DNA of 64,000 nucleotides from positions 12,222-76,221 of the forward strand of contig JBFLYM010000001.1 of the NCBI GenBank assembly GCA_040757035.1. Direction: 5' to 3'. This stretch comes from Candidatus Micrarchaeota archaeon (GTDB taxonomy: Archaea > Micrarchaeota > Micrarchaeia > Anstonellales > Bilamarchaeaceae). Numbering within the stretch: position 1 is the stretch's first letter; each line of letters opens with the position of its first letter. This document shows positions 37,504 through 47,220 of the stretch, one piece after another. Both the position numbers and the translations under genes were made by a program. The notes below the pieces were generated by a model. It was not told where the DNA came from. It saw only the letters and a list, made by a program, of their open reading frames with translations, and did no database searches.

Positions 37504-37662
37504 TAAACCACGTAAAAAATCAACATAAAAAAATTAATTATTAATTATTTTGGATGATATGCTTTAAAAATATACATCCTTAATTTTTATTAAGTGTTGC
37601 CTTTAATTATTTACTTTTAATTATATTCGCTTTTATTATTTTAACTAAAATACAATGATAAT

Positions 37663-38874
37663 ATGGACAAAAAACTAAAAGAGCTTGAACTTCAAAGAAT
37701 AATATCGCTCACGTTTGATGAAAACCCGGAAGTAAGAAAGCAAGCCGCGCTCAAACTCGCTGAAAACAATGAACCTGCGGCAATATTCGCGCTACTTGAA
37801 TTATCCTATGATAAAAATGAATCTGTAAAAGATCTTGCAAAGAACATACTCTCCAAAATACAACCAACTAAAAATGATTCCATTTCATTTGCCGAAATTT
37901 TTGGACGTCCTGAAAAAAAGGAAGAACCTATAATTGTATCACCAGAGGATAATTTGAAAAAAAGGAAGCTTCTTACTCCGATAGAGCAAATATTTGATAA
38001 AAAACTTGGTAAAAAATCTCGTTTAGTTAAGGAAAGAATGATGTCTACCATAGAAAAAATTTATCTTAAAGCCGTAGATACAAAATCTGAAGATGTGCAA
38101 AAACGCGAGAAAAGCATGCAAAGAATGCTTACCTCGTATGCAGATGTACTTTCAGGACTTGATAAACTTATGTTTGATGAGCAAAAAGAAAGTGAGGCTG
38201 AAAAGAAGGTCGCAGAAGTACGAACTATGGATATTCAAAAAAGCCAAAAAGAAATTCAAACATCAAAAAAAACAATGTTAGAAGAGATAGGAAGCGATAT
38301 GGATAGCTCAAAAATAAAAACGGATTTGGCAGTATTGGAAATGTATGAAGATGAAACAATAGAAGAAGATAAGAAGAAAAACAAAGAAGATAAAGAAGAA
38401 TATGAAATCACAGAAGAGAAAAGTATATTCCGCAAAGCTTATGATATAATGATGGCTTGTGATGGAGATGATGAGGTAATGCTCCAACAAGCTCAGAAAT
38501 TTATAAAGCAACTTGAAGATGAAGTAAAGCTTGCATTTAAAATGGCAAAGCAAAGATTTAAAGCTGAAAATATTACTCATCTTACAGAAATTAGGAATGG
38601 AATGAGAAATATAAATACAGACATACTTATTGTCAAGGCAATTGATAGAGGCGAATATTCAAAAACAAAAACAAAAAAGGATATTTATACTAGAATAATT
38701 GCGAATGATGCTGAAGGAAGCGAAGGAGTAATTTATCTTTTTGAAGGTAGAGGAAGCGAAGTTAGATCTGGAATGAAAATCAAAATTGCAAAAGGACAGG
38801 TAAAGACATTCTCATTTTCAGGAGAAACCGCAATAACGATTGGTAAAAAAGGAAATGTGTATATCGTATTGTGA
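37663..38874 (+). CDS. Hypothetical protein with N-terminal HEAT/PBS-lyase-like repeats, a charged coiled-coil middle and a C-terminal beta-rich domain.
   Basis: …VRKQAALKLAENNEPAAIFALLELSYDKNESVKDLAKNIL… HEAT-like. C-terminus …EGVIYLFEGRGSEVRSGMKIKIAKGQV…. Confidence 0.4.
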   Translation: MDKKLKELELQRIISLTFDENPEVRKQAALKLAENNEPAAIFALLELSYDKNESVKDLAKNILSKIQPTKNDSISFAEIFGRPEKKEEPIIVSPEDNLKKRKLLTPIEQIFDKKLGKKSRLVKERMMSTIEKIYLKAVDTKSEDVQKREKSMQRMLTSYADVLSGLDKLMFDEQKESEAEKKVAEVRTMDIQKSQKEIQTSKKTMLEEIGSDMDSSKIKTDLAVLEMYEDETIEEDKKKNKEDKEEYEITEEKSIFRKAYDIMMACDGDDEVMLQQAQKFIKQLEDEVKLAFKMAKQRFKAENITHLTEIRNGMRNINTDILIVKAIDRGEYSKTKTKKDIYTRIIANDAEGSEGVIYLFEGRGSEVRSGMKIKIAKGQVKTFSFSGETAITIGKKGNVYIVL

Positions 38875-38892
38875 AAATAAAATTGTGAAAGC

Positions 38893-39765
38893 ATGCTAAC
38901 AAAAAAGTTTTTTGCTTTCCTTAAATTAGTGCGTTTTGAACACGCAATTATGTTCGCACTTGCTGTGTTCATTGCTGAGATAATAACTGCGCGTGAAGTT
39001 TTATTTACACAAAAAATAATATTTTCGCTTTTAGTTCCTATTTTCAGCGAAATTGGCGCATTTGCAATGAACGATTTGCTGGATATAGAAACAGACAGAA
39101 TCAATAGAAAAATCAATCGTCCACTGGTTAGCGGACTTCTTTCTCCACAATTTGCTTTGACAGTGATTATTATTTCGTTTGCGCTTGCGCTTTTTTTTGC
39201 TTATCTCGTGAGTCCAAACATTTTCCTTTTTGCTCTGATGATTAATCTACTCGCGGTGTGCTATAATTTTTGGTTTAAACTTCTTCCGCTCGTAGGTAAT
39301 ATATACATCGCATTTACAATGGCGATACCGTTTATTTTTGGAAATTACGTAATAAGCGAAACTCTTGATCCATTAAATATTCTCATTGCGCTTATGGGTT
39401 TTTGCGTGGGATTAGGTAGAGAAATAGTAAAAACTACTGAGGATATTAGAGGTGATATGTTGGCGAGAAGATCTAAAGCGCTTCCTGCATTGATCGGATC
39501 GGAAAAATCATTAATTATCTCGGGAATTTTATACTTAATTTTTGTAGCTATTTCGGTTGTACTATATCTTCTTTATCTAAAAGTTGGGATAGGATTTGCA
39601 TTGGTGCTTATAGCGGATGTAATCTTTCTTTACTCTTCCCTTAACTTGGTATTTTTGAAAAACAAAGAATTTTTAAGAGTATCTGGTAAGAGTAGTTTGA
39701 TTGCGTTGTTTATTGGATTAGTAGGGATATTGTTTTCTGTTCTTGAATGCACTTTTTTTCTGTGA
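38893..39765 (+). CDS. UbiA-family prenyltransferase (candidate DGGGP synthase).
   Basis: Asp-rich motif NDLLDIETDRINR, about 8 TM helices, 290 aa. Confidence 0.75.
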   Translation: MLTKKFFAFLKLVRFEHAIMFALAVFIAEIITAREVLFTQKIIFSLLVPIFSEIGAFAMNDLLDIETDRINRKINRPLVSGLLSPQFALTVIIISFALALFFAYLVSPNIFLFALMINLLAVCYNFWFKLLPLVGNIYIAFTMAIPFIFGNYVISETLDPLNILIALMGFCVGLGREIVKTTEDIRGDMLARRSKALPALIGSEKSLIISGILYLIFVAISVVLYLLYLKVGIGFALVLIADVIFLYSSLNLVFLKNKEFLRVSGKSSLIALFIGLVGILFSVLECTFFL

Positions 39766-39783
39766 CCCCAAACAATTCTTTTA

Positions 39784-40440
39784 CTATTTCAATTTGTTTT
39801 TAGGAATAACGATGCTATTTGTCTTAGTCAATTGTGCGCAAATTAATGCAATTGCAAAAATTATGAGCATTGCAATTGTAGTATAAAAATAAATGTTTTG
39901 TTGCGAAGAAGTGCTTTTTGTTACCATATCCCGATCCAATTGAATATCGCAAGAAACAATACGTTGAGATGTATTTGAAATTGCATTTTCCGAAATATTT
40001 GAATTGTTTTGTCCTGAAATTATTGCAGCACTAAGTGGTACACCGGTTTTCTCTAGTCCATCCACCGGTATTGAACTTTTTTCAAGTGAAGCTGCCATAT
40101 AGTTATCCTCAAATTTAGATGTTTGTATTGTCATAAAAAGCGAAATTATTATTCCTATAAACGAAATCAGCGAAATTGCGAAAAAAAGCGTGCGTTTTGC
40201 TGCATTTGAGAAATATGCTTGTCCGTTTTTGCTAAGTTTATAAAAAACCCATTTATATCCTTCCCGCTCAAGTCTTTCTACTAATCCAGCAGTATTAAGT
40301 TTTTCAAGGTGTTCCACTATTGTAGACGTGTTTTTGCCAAGTTCTCTGCTCAAATCTGAAGGTCTATAATTCCTCTTAGAAAGGCGTTCTAAAATTTCCT
40401 TACGCGTTTTCGAACTTAATACGTCTTGTATGGAATCCAT
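39784..40440 (-). CDS. ArsR-like winged-HTH regulator with a C-terminal membrane anchor.
   Basis: N-terminal HTH (…RKEILERLSKRNYRPSDLSRELGKNTSTIVEHLEKL…). TM helices near residues 100-120 and at the C-terminus. Confidence 0.55.
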   Translation of the reverse strand: MDSIQDVLSSKTRKEILERLSKRNYRPSDLSRELGKNTSTIVEHLEKLNTAGLVERLEREGYKWVFYKLSKNGQAYFSNAAKRTLFFAISLISFIGIIISLFMTIQTSKFEDNYMAASLEKSSIPVDGLEKTGVPLSAAIISGQNNSNISENAISNTSQRIVSCDIQLDRDMVTKSTSSQQNIYFYTTIAMLIIFAIALICAQLTKTNSIVIPKNKLK

Positions 40441-40449
40441 GTATTATTG

Positions 40450-42129
40450 CTATTTCTCTTTTTTAAAAACATTTGGTTTTTGTTTGGTAATAAGATAGAC
40501 AATTATTCCAATACAAATAACAGTTATAATTACTATGGATGCAGCATAAAAATATTCCGAATAATTTTCGTTTTCATGAGATTTGCGTATTTCTAAAAGC
40601 ATTTTTTCATTTGCTTTATCCAATCCTTCTGCGAACTTAAAAAGATTGTATGCAGTTGCATTTTGTTTGTTCCATAATAAAAATGTGCCATGACTTGCAT
40701 AAACATTCGCCCAAAGTGATTTTCTCTCTTTAGAACTCAATCGTATAAGTTCCTCAACTGCAGTTTTTTTATTTTTATTATACATTATTGTGGCGTTTTC
40801 TGTTTCTATCACAAAAATAGAATCTATTATTGCACCGGCATATTTTCCTTGGTCATGTAATTTTTTTGCATTTTTTAAATGCCAGTTCACATCATCAGAT
40901 TCAGAATTCATATCCTTAGCCGTTTCCAGATATTCCCAACTTAGATTTGCGAGTATTTTTTCATCAAATGGCTTTCCATTCTGCGGAGCATTGTTTTTTA
41001 ATAATCCTGCGATTTTGCACCATGCATCAGCATATATAGCATTGTGGTATTCAGCATATTTTTCTTCTTTCATTGCAGTAGCTTCTTTCTTAATTTCAGA
41101 TAGTTTTATTTCAGCCCATCCTTTTCTTAATTCTTGTCCAGCAACCCATTCCAAATTTGTATCGGTTATTTGCGGGCTTTTTGTTTGCAAAAGACATTGT
41201 TTTATCTGTTTAGTTCGTTCGTTTATATCCAAATTCTCTAGATTTGCTATTGTTTCGGTATCAAGATAGTTTATAAATGCGTCGTTTGCTGCAGAGAAGT
41301 AATAGCCCTTCCTAAAAAGAGCATCTTCATTATCTTTTATTTTCGCAAAATATTCCCCAAGTTTCTCCTCTTCTATAAGTGATTGATCTATATTGGCAAT
41401 ACTCTTATCTAGCAGTAGCATCATTTCTCGTGCAAGTTTTTTGAATTCGTCCAAACCATAATAAAATGGGATATTCTTGTCCAATTCTTCAACATATGGA
41501 GGTTCTTTTTTTACTGTAATATCCGTAAAATTTAGCATGAATTTTTCGGCATCACTCATATTTCTAATTTCAAGAATTTCTAATGTGCTATCCTGCTGAA
41601 TCATTCTTAATGTAATTCTTTCATATAGATTTTGAGGTGGAGTAAGAAAATATTTCAAGCCATTTTCCTTTGCAATATTCGCTTTTTCATAAAGTCCGCC
41701 TACTTGTCCGATTTCACCTGACGATGAGATGGCTCCTGTGATCATCGCATCACTGCGCATGTTTTGCTTTTCTATTGCAGCAATACCCATGAGCGCAAGC
41801 GCCGCTCCTCCACTCGGCCCATCCAAATACCCATTAATGGTATTTGGGAGATGTGCCCTGATTTTTACATTGCATAAATTTTTATTCATTTTAGTTCTTT
41901 CAAATGCATATTCTATTGCGTTTTTTGCCGAATCCTGCGTAGAAATACCGACATTGGGATAAACGCTGAAATATATATTCCCATCTCCGTTTTCTAATTC
42001 CATAGTTACGTTTACGATTACGCCATTATTGCTCGCGACTGCTGGAAGATAATGCGATGCGCTTCCTTCACACTGCGAAAAACAACATGCGAAAAACAAA
42101 ATTATATATGCAAAAATGATTTTATTCAT
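40450..42129 (-). CDS. Secreted or membrane-anchored S16 (Lon C-terminal-like) serine peptidase-domain protein.
   Basis: Signal peptide. DGPSGGAALALMGIAA…AMITGAISSSGEIGQVGG…K matches the Lon protease catalytic-domain pattern (Ser…Lys dyad). A long helical domain follows, then a C-terminal TM helix. Confidence 0.55.
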   Translation of the reverse strand: MNKIIFAYIILFFACCFSQCEGSASHYLPAVASNNGVIVNVTMELENGDGNIYFSVYPNVGISTQDSAKNAIEYAFERTKMNKNLCNVKIRAHLPNTINGYLDGPSGGAALALMGIAAIEKQNMRSDAMITGAISSSGEIGQVGGLYEKANIAKENGLKYFLTPPQNLYERITLRMIQQDSTLEILEIRNMSDAEKFMLNFTDITVKKEPPYVEELDKNIPFYYGLDEFKKLAREMMLLLDKSIANIDQSLIEEEKLGEYFAKIKDNEDALFRKGYYFSAANDAFINYLDTETIANLENLDINERTKQIKQCLLQTKSPQITDTNLEWVAGQELRKGWAEIKLSEIKKEATAMKEEKYAEYHNAIYADAWCKIAGLLKNNAPQNGKPFDEKILANLSWEYLETAKDMNSESDDVNWHLKNAKKLHDQGKYAGAIIDSIFVIETENATIMYNKNKKTAVEELIRLSSKERKSLWANVYASHGTFLLWNKQNATAYNLFKFAEGLDKANEKMLLEIRKSHENENYSEYFYAASIVIITVICIGIIVYLITKQKPNVFKKEK

Positions 42130-42188
42130 GAGATTACCAAAGAAGACCGCTGATTTTGGTTGAGTTTATTATCAAATGTTGGTTTGCT

Positions 42189-42300
42189 ATACAGATCCAC
42201 TAAAAAAACGTGGATCGCATATACGCATAAACCTTCACGGTCTAAAGGCCGTAGCTTCCTTAAAATGATAATCGGAAAAACTTAGTTGGTTACGTATATA
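42189..42300 (+). repeat. Family-B repeat, intermediate form (copy B4), in a divergent intergenic region.
   Basis: tatacagatccactaaaaaaacgtggatcgcatatacgcataaaccttcacggtctaaaggccgtagcttccttaaaatgata then atcggaaaaacttagttggttacgtatata. It has the B2 termini with a different internal deletion. Confidence 0.55.
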
Positions 42301-42339
42301 ACGCGTAAATCTTTATAATATCTATCTATAGAATCAATT

Positions 42340-43635
42340 ATGCAGATTATTGCTGATTTACATCTACATTCGAAATACGCGCGCGCCACAAGTATAAATT
42401 CTGATTTAAGTGGTTTAAGCCATGGCGCCAAAATAAAGGGAGTGCAAGTTCTCGCAACCGGAGATTTTACCCATCCATCATGGTTTGAAGAATTGAAACT
42501 CGCGTTCGCCAATAGCGGAAATAATAAAGAGAATAAGGATAACAAAGATAATGAAGGCGGACTTTACGAATTTAATGGAATTAAATTTATTCTTTCGGTT
42601 GAAGTTAGCAACATTTTTGAACTAAATAAAAAAATAAAAAAAATGCATCATATTCTACTCGCGCCAAATTTTGATATCGCAGCGCAGATAAACGATGAGC
42701 TTGCAAAATATGGAAATTTAAAGGAAGATGGAAGGCCAACGCTTAAGCTTTCTCCGGCCGAATTTTTAGAGATAATGGATAAGATTTCAAGAGATATATT
42801 TATAATTCCAGCGCATATTTGGACTCCTTGGTTTTCAATCTTTGGTTCAAAAAGCGGAGTGGATAATTTAGAAGAAGCGTATGGGGAAATGAAAAAAAAT
42901 ATTTTTGCGTTAGAAACCGGATTAAGCAGCGATCCTAAAATGAATTGGATGCTTAGTGCGCTAGATAAGTATACGTTGGTTTCAAATAGCGATTCGCATA
43001 GTCCTGAAAAAATAGGGCGAGAAGCGAATGTATTTGAGCTTGAAGAAATCAGTTATAATTCCATTTTGAACGCAATCAAAACAAAAAAAGGGTTTGTAAA
43101 GACTTACGAATTTTTTCCTGAGGAAGGAAAATATCACTATGATGGGCATAGAAATTGCAATGTCCTTCTAGATCCATGGAAAGCGAAAAAAATAAAGAAC
43201 ATATGCCCAATTTGCAGAAAAGGCCTTACTATAGGCGTGATGCATAGAATCGCAGATCTTGCAGATAGAGAACTTGGGTTTAAGCCTGAAAATGCGATTC
43301 CCTTCAAACACATTGTTCCGCTTCAAACTGTTATTGCGAAAGCGCTTGGAAAAAGTGAGATCGCAATTCAGGTAAAAGAAGAATATGATAAACTTATAAC
43401 ATACTTTGGGAATGAATTTGCAGTATATGAAACAAATGAAGAGCAATTGCGATTTACAACTAACATGACAATAGCCAATGCAATTATAAACGTTAATAAC
43501 GAAAGAGTGCGTTGGATTCCTGGTTATGACGGAGTTTTCGGTGAGCTTATTTTAGATAGCAGAGGAACAAACAAAAAAACAAACAAAGAAATAGAATTTG
43601 AAAACAAACAAAAAAATTTAAATGAGTTTTTTTGA
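42340..43635 (+). CDS. PHP-domain phosphoesterase with a C-terminal zinc ribbon (TIGR00375-like).
   Basis: N-terminal DLHLHS, …ATGDFTHP…, internal His/Asp clusters (NSDSHSPE), and CPICRKG…. Confidence 0.6.
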   Translation: MQIIADLHLHSKYARATSINSDLSGLSHGAKIKGVQVLATGDFTHPSWFEELKLAFANSGNNKENKDNKDNEGGLYEFNGIKFILSVEVSNIFELNKKIKKMHHILLAPNFDIAAQINDELAKYGNLKEDGRPTLKLSPAEFLEIMDKISRDIFIIPAHIWTPWFSIFGSKSGVDNLEEAYGEMKKNIFALETGLSSDPKMNWMLSALDKYTLVSNSDSHSPEKIGREANVFELEEISYNSILNAIKTKKGFVKTYEFFPEEGKYHYDGHRNCNVLLDPWKAKKIKNICPICRKGLTIGVMHRIADLADRELGFKPENAIPFKHIVPLQTVIAKALGKSEIAIQVKEEYDKLITYFGNEFAVYETNEEQLRFTTNMTIANAIINVNNERVRWIPGYDGVFGELILDSRGTNKKTNKEIEFENKQKNLNEFF

Positions 43636-44247
43636 AAGGAGTTTGTATATATGTAATATGCTTAATTAATTTTAGAAATTCTATATAATTCTTAGAAAAA
43701 GATATGTTTCCTAATGATTTCCTATATTTAGTACATAAAGGTATGCCTTTGTTCCTAGGAATTATGTGGGAATTTTTATACTAATCCTAAATTAAAAATC
43801 GTAAAAAATAGGACAATTACTGTTACAATAAACAACTTCGTTATATAATTACTGTTTCAGTAAACTACTTACTAAACGATAAACAAAGATTAATAGATAT
43901 GGTTTACTAAAAAGATGTTGTACAGCAAATCTGGAAACAAGAAGCAAGCTTATAGGCACTAAACTGTATAAAAGAGTGGTTTTGGCTATGTTTTGATAGT
44001 TTTGGGGTATTGTAGTGATGTTGGGCAAAGGAGAGTTTACTTATACAATATTTTTTCATCGGTTTTTGATTGAGTTTATAATAATACGAATAATTTTCTG
44101 AATTTTGAGAATAACCTATACTATATTGAAATTGCCTGATAATCATTATAAACAACTCAACTCTAGTTTCTAAAACTTTTTCATCTTTTCTAAAACTATT
44201 TTTCCAAACTTTCTTTTTAAAAAAAAGAAAAAACTAATAAAGAAAAG

Positions 44248-44442
44248 TGGGGGAGGGTCAGGATGATATGACAAACCAACAAAGTAATATCAGAAAGTAT
44301 CGAAGAATTACCGTGTTTGGTTTGTTATATGTTCATGAACGAATCGTCGTTCATGACACCTCAAACTGTTCAAAACTGTTTGAGCACGTGCCTAAAAACC
44401 CTCAACCAGTTTTGGAGGTGGTTTCCCCTCCGCGGTTCGGTT
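44248..44442 (-). repeat. Family-A structured repeat, long form (copy A3). Its terminus supplies the stop codon of the 44441-45220 gene.
   Basis: gggggagggtcagg, then a ~95-nt insert (hairpins acaaaccaa…ttggtttgt and tcatgaacgaatcgtcgttcatga), then cctcaaactgttcaaaactgtttgag…ggaggtggtttcccctccgcggttcggtt. About 95% identical to A4. Confidence 0.6.
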
Positions 44443-45220
44443 AAAATGTTTCATCCAACAATTCTTCTCTATCTCCAGGAATAAAATAATCCCACTCAAA
44501 GCATTTTATCATATCCAGATCTGAAAGTTCGCGTATTTCTGATGATAGCGTACTTGAAAGAATAGTTTTGATTTCCTGCGCTTGCCGCTTTACGCGCGAA
44601 ATTGCTTCGTCTTTTGTTGCGCCTAGAGCGGTTGTACTTGCATATGCTATAATTTCCATGGGGCGCTCTCCAAAAGTAAGGCGTTCAAGCAATCTATTCA
44701 ACATCGCAATTTCTCTATCTAATCTGATTACATCAGGACCATGTTGTGAAAGATGAGATCTTTTTGCCTCCGCTTCGCTTCTTTTTGTTTTAATTTCGTC
44801 TATATATTTGGAAACGTCTACAGAAGAAAAAAGGAAAGTTATCTTTACAACATGTTTTAGAGAACAAAGCGCTTTTTCAAACAACGCGAAAAGCGAGTGT
44901 TTCTCGCCATCATCTTTATCCACTGTACTCTCATAGAGCATTATTTCCAAAAATTTTGTAGCATAATATCCATTTTGAGATTTTTTAAGCACATAATCGC
45001 GCGTTGGCGGAATAGTGTACTCGCCTCTGACTTCAACTATGTTCGCTGCGCTTGTGATGTGAGGCATAAGAAGGTAACCATATTTCCATATAAAAAGTGA
45101 AAACGCGAAAAGCGCTGCCGCAATAATTATAGGAATATGCGCTCCAAGAATTATTGAAAGAATGAGTGCGAGTGTTCCACCAACGAGCGCAATTAGAGTT
45201 ATTGCCCGATTTAATATCAT
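44441..45220 (-). CDS. Bitopic membrane protein: two N-terminal TM helices plus a ~190-aa soluble domain.
   Basis: MILNRAITLIALVGGTLALILSIILGAHIPIIIAAALFAFSLFIW, then a charged domain. Overlaps the upstream gene by 4 nt, so likely an operon. Confidence 0.45.
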   Translation of the reverse strand: MILNRAITLIALVGGTLALILSIILGAHIPIIIAAALFAFSLFIWKYGYLLMPHITSAANIVEVRGEYTIPPTRDYVLKKSQNGYYATKFLEIMLYESTVDKDDGEKHSLFALFEKALCSLKHVVKITFLFSSVDVSKYIDEIKTKRSEAEAKRSHLSQHGPDVIRLDREIAMLNRLLERLTFGERPMEIIAYASTTALGATKDEAISRVKRQAQEIKTILSSTLSSEIRELSDLDMIKCFEWDYFIPGDREELLDETF

Positions 45221-46233
45221 ATTTTTGACACCTCTATTGCTATTTCTCCTGCAAATGAATTGGAAAATTCTTTTATTAACACGCCAACTACAATAAGAGC
45301 AAAAAAAGGTATGATTACAGAATAAAAAAATAAATTTGCCGCCGTATCGGTAGTTCGCTGTGTTATCACAATAAGATCGCCAGTAAAATCATTATTATCA
45401 CTGAAACCTAAATCATAAAGTTTGTTCGCTATCTCGTTGTTGTTATTCAAATCAACAATCGGTACTGTTTGATAAACGCTATTATTAAGGAAAGTACTGG
45501 TAAGATTTTGGTTTGTATTTAATTGCTCTATCGGAAGTTGAAACATCATCAACATCAGTGGATAAAATATGATAAAAGCTATTGAGACTCCTATAAGAAA
45601 CGCCCCAAACTTGCGCGAGATGAAAAAACTTCTTAATACTAATCCGGTTGCAAATATGGTAGCAAACCAATTGGATGAAATAAATGTAAGAAATTGCGCA
45701 TTTAGCGTAGATGCGAACATTGATAATTGGATTACATACATAGAATTGGCAAGTTGTTTTGAGATATTATCCAAATTTACCAATGGCTGGATAGAAAAAT
45801 TACCAAAATGAAGAACAAGAGTTTGATAATATCCAAGCGTGTTTTCTATTTGGATGAGATTTTGAGCAAGCGCATGCGATGAATTAATTGTTGCGTTTAT
45901 ACCGCATAAAATGTAGTCAGGAGGTGTAAATTCGCTTGTGTTTAACACGACCGTTATATTGGTGTCATTATCGGCTATTGCTAAGCAGGTAATATTTTTC
46001 ATTTGCGATGTGGTAAATTCGGCACCAATTTGAATTACCAATGCGCATAATCCAATAGCAAAGCCTAGTATTGCGGCATTAATTATTGATTGAATTATTT
46101 CCTCTATTCCAAATCGCTCTAGCCTTTTTATAGAAAATGCCTTTCCAAGACCCAACGCAATACTTGAAATAATTATAGAAATAACTATTGCTGTGCCAGC
46201 TATACCTTGCCAGCCAGAAATAAGCTCAGCCAT
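45217..46233 (-). CDS. Polytopic membrane protein with an N-glycosylation-sequon-rich extracytoplasmic loop.
   Basis: At least 6 TM helices. Many N-x-S/T sequons between TM2 and TM3. Confidence 0.45.
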   Translation of the reverse strand: MAELISGWQGIAGTAIVISIIISSIALGLGKAFSIKRLERFGIEEIIQSIINAAILGFAIGLCALVIQIGAEFTTSQMKNITCLAIADNDTNITVVLNTSEFTPPDYILCGINATINSSHALAQNLIQIENTLGYYQTLVLHFGNFSIQPLVNLDNISKQLANSMYVIQLSMFASTLNAQFLTFISSNWFATIFATGLVLRSFFISRKFGAFLIGVSIAFIIFYPLMLMMFQLPIEQLNTNQNLTSTFLNNSVYQTVPIVDLNNNNEIANKLYDLGFSDNNDFTGDLIVITQRTTDTAANLFFYSVIIPFFALIVVGVLIKEFSNSFAGEIAIEVSKI

Positions 46234-46238
46234 TTAAT

Positions 46239-46517
46239 TCACTGAAGAATACCTTGAGACGCAGTTGAAATATTTTGCGCAGAATACGAAATTGCCGCTA
46301 TTATTACCCCGCCTATAAACATGCTAATTGCAACAGTAATATATTTACCGCGCGCATCTGCAGGTTGCATTTGAGCAAACGCATACACTATTCCACTTAA
46401 AATTATTAAAATCACAGAGAGAGTAGGCGCTATTGTACTTAAGCTACCCCGTATTCCTTCAAGAATAAGTTGGAGCGACATAATTGAATTTCGTAGGTAA
46501 GAATTTATAAATTGCAC
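46239..46517 (-). CDS. Small two-TM membrane protein (92 aa).
   Basis: Two hydrophobic helices: SVILIILSGIVYAFA and ITVAISMFIGGVIIAAISY. Confidence 0.4.
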   Translation of the reverse strand: MQFINSYLRNSIMSLQLILEGIRGSLSTIAPTLSVILIILSGIVYAFAQMQPADARGKYITVAISMFIGGVIIAAISYSAQNISTASQGILQ

Positions 46518-46617
46518 GGTTTATCTGGCTTTTGCGTCATTATTGTTGACATCATATGATTAATAAATCCGCAGTAAATAAAAAGCTATTTAAAAATCTG
46601 CAGATAAAATCATAGCT

Positions 46618-47199
46618 ATGATTCTTATCATAGATAACGGTTCGCAATATACTCATCTTATAAAAAGAAATTGCAGAGATATGAATTATGAAGCAGAAAT
46701 AGTTGACGATAGAATTTCATTAGAAGAGATTATTAGAAAGAATCCAGAGAAAATAATTTTGAGCGGAGGGCCAAATTCAGTTTATGCACCTGAAGAAAAA
46801 AGAAAAATAAACGAAAAAGTAATAAATGCGGTTTTTGAAGAGAAATTAAATATTCCACTTTTTGGTATATGCTTCGGTCATCAGCTCATCGCTCATATAT
46901 TAGGAGGAAGGGTTGAAAGAGGGATAAGTGGAGAATATGGAATTGCGAAAATTTTCATTGAAAATGAAGATTTGATTTTCAAAGGAATACCTGATGAATT
47001 CAATGTATGGGTAAGCCATTTTGATGAAGTAAAAATACTCCCGAACAATTTTGAAATACTTGCGCATTCGCAGACGTGCAAAATAGAAGCAATGAAACAC
47101 AAAACAAAAAATATTTTTTCTGTCCAATTTCATCCTGAGGTTTGGCATACCGAAAATGGAGAGAAGATATTGGAAAATTTTTTGGAAATCAAAAAATAA
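46618..47199 (+). CDS. guaA: GMP synthase, glutamine amidotransferase subunit (GuaA subunit A).
   Basis: Class-I GATase triad context: GICFGHQ and HPE. 193 aa. Confidence 0.85.
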   Translation: MILIIDNGSQYTHLIKRNCRDMNYEAEIVDDRISLEEIIRKNPEKIILSGGPNSVYAPEEKRKINEKVINAVFEEKLNIPLFGICFGHQLIAHILGGRVERGISGEYGIAKIFIENEDLIFKGIPDEFNVWVSHFDEVKILPNNFEILAHSQTCKIEAMKHKTKNIFSVQFHPEVWHTENGEKILENFLEIKK

Positions 47200-47220
47200 A
47201 AACTAAAAAAAATGAAATTT

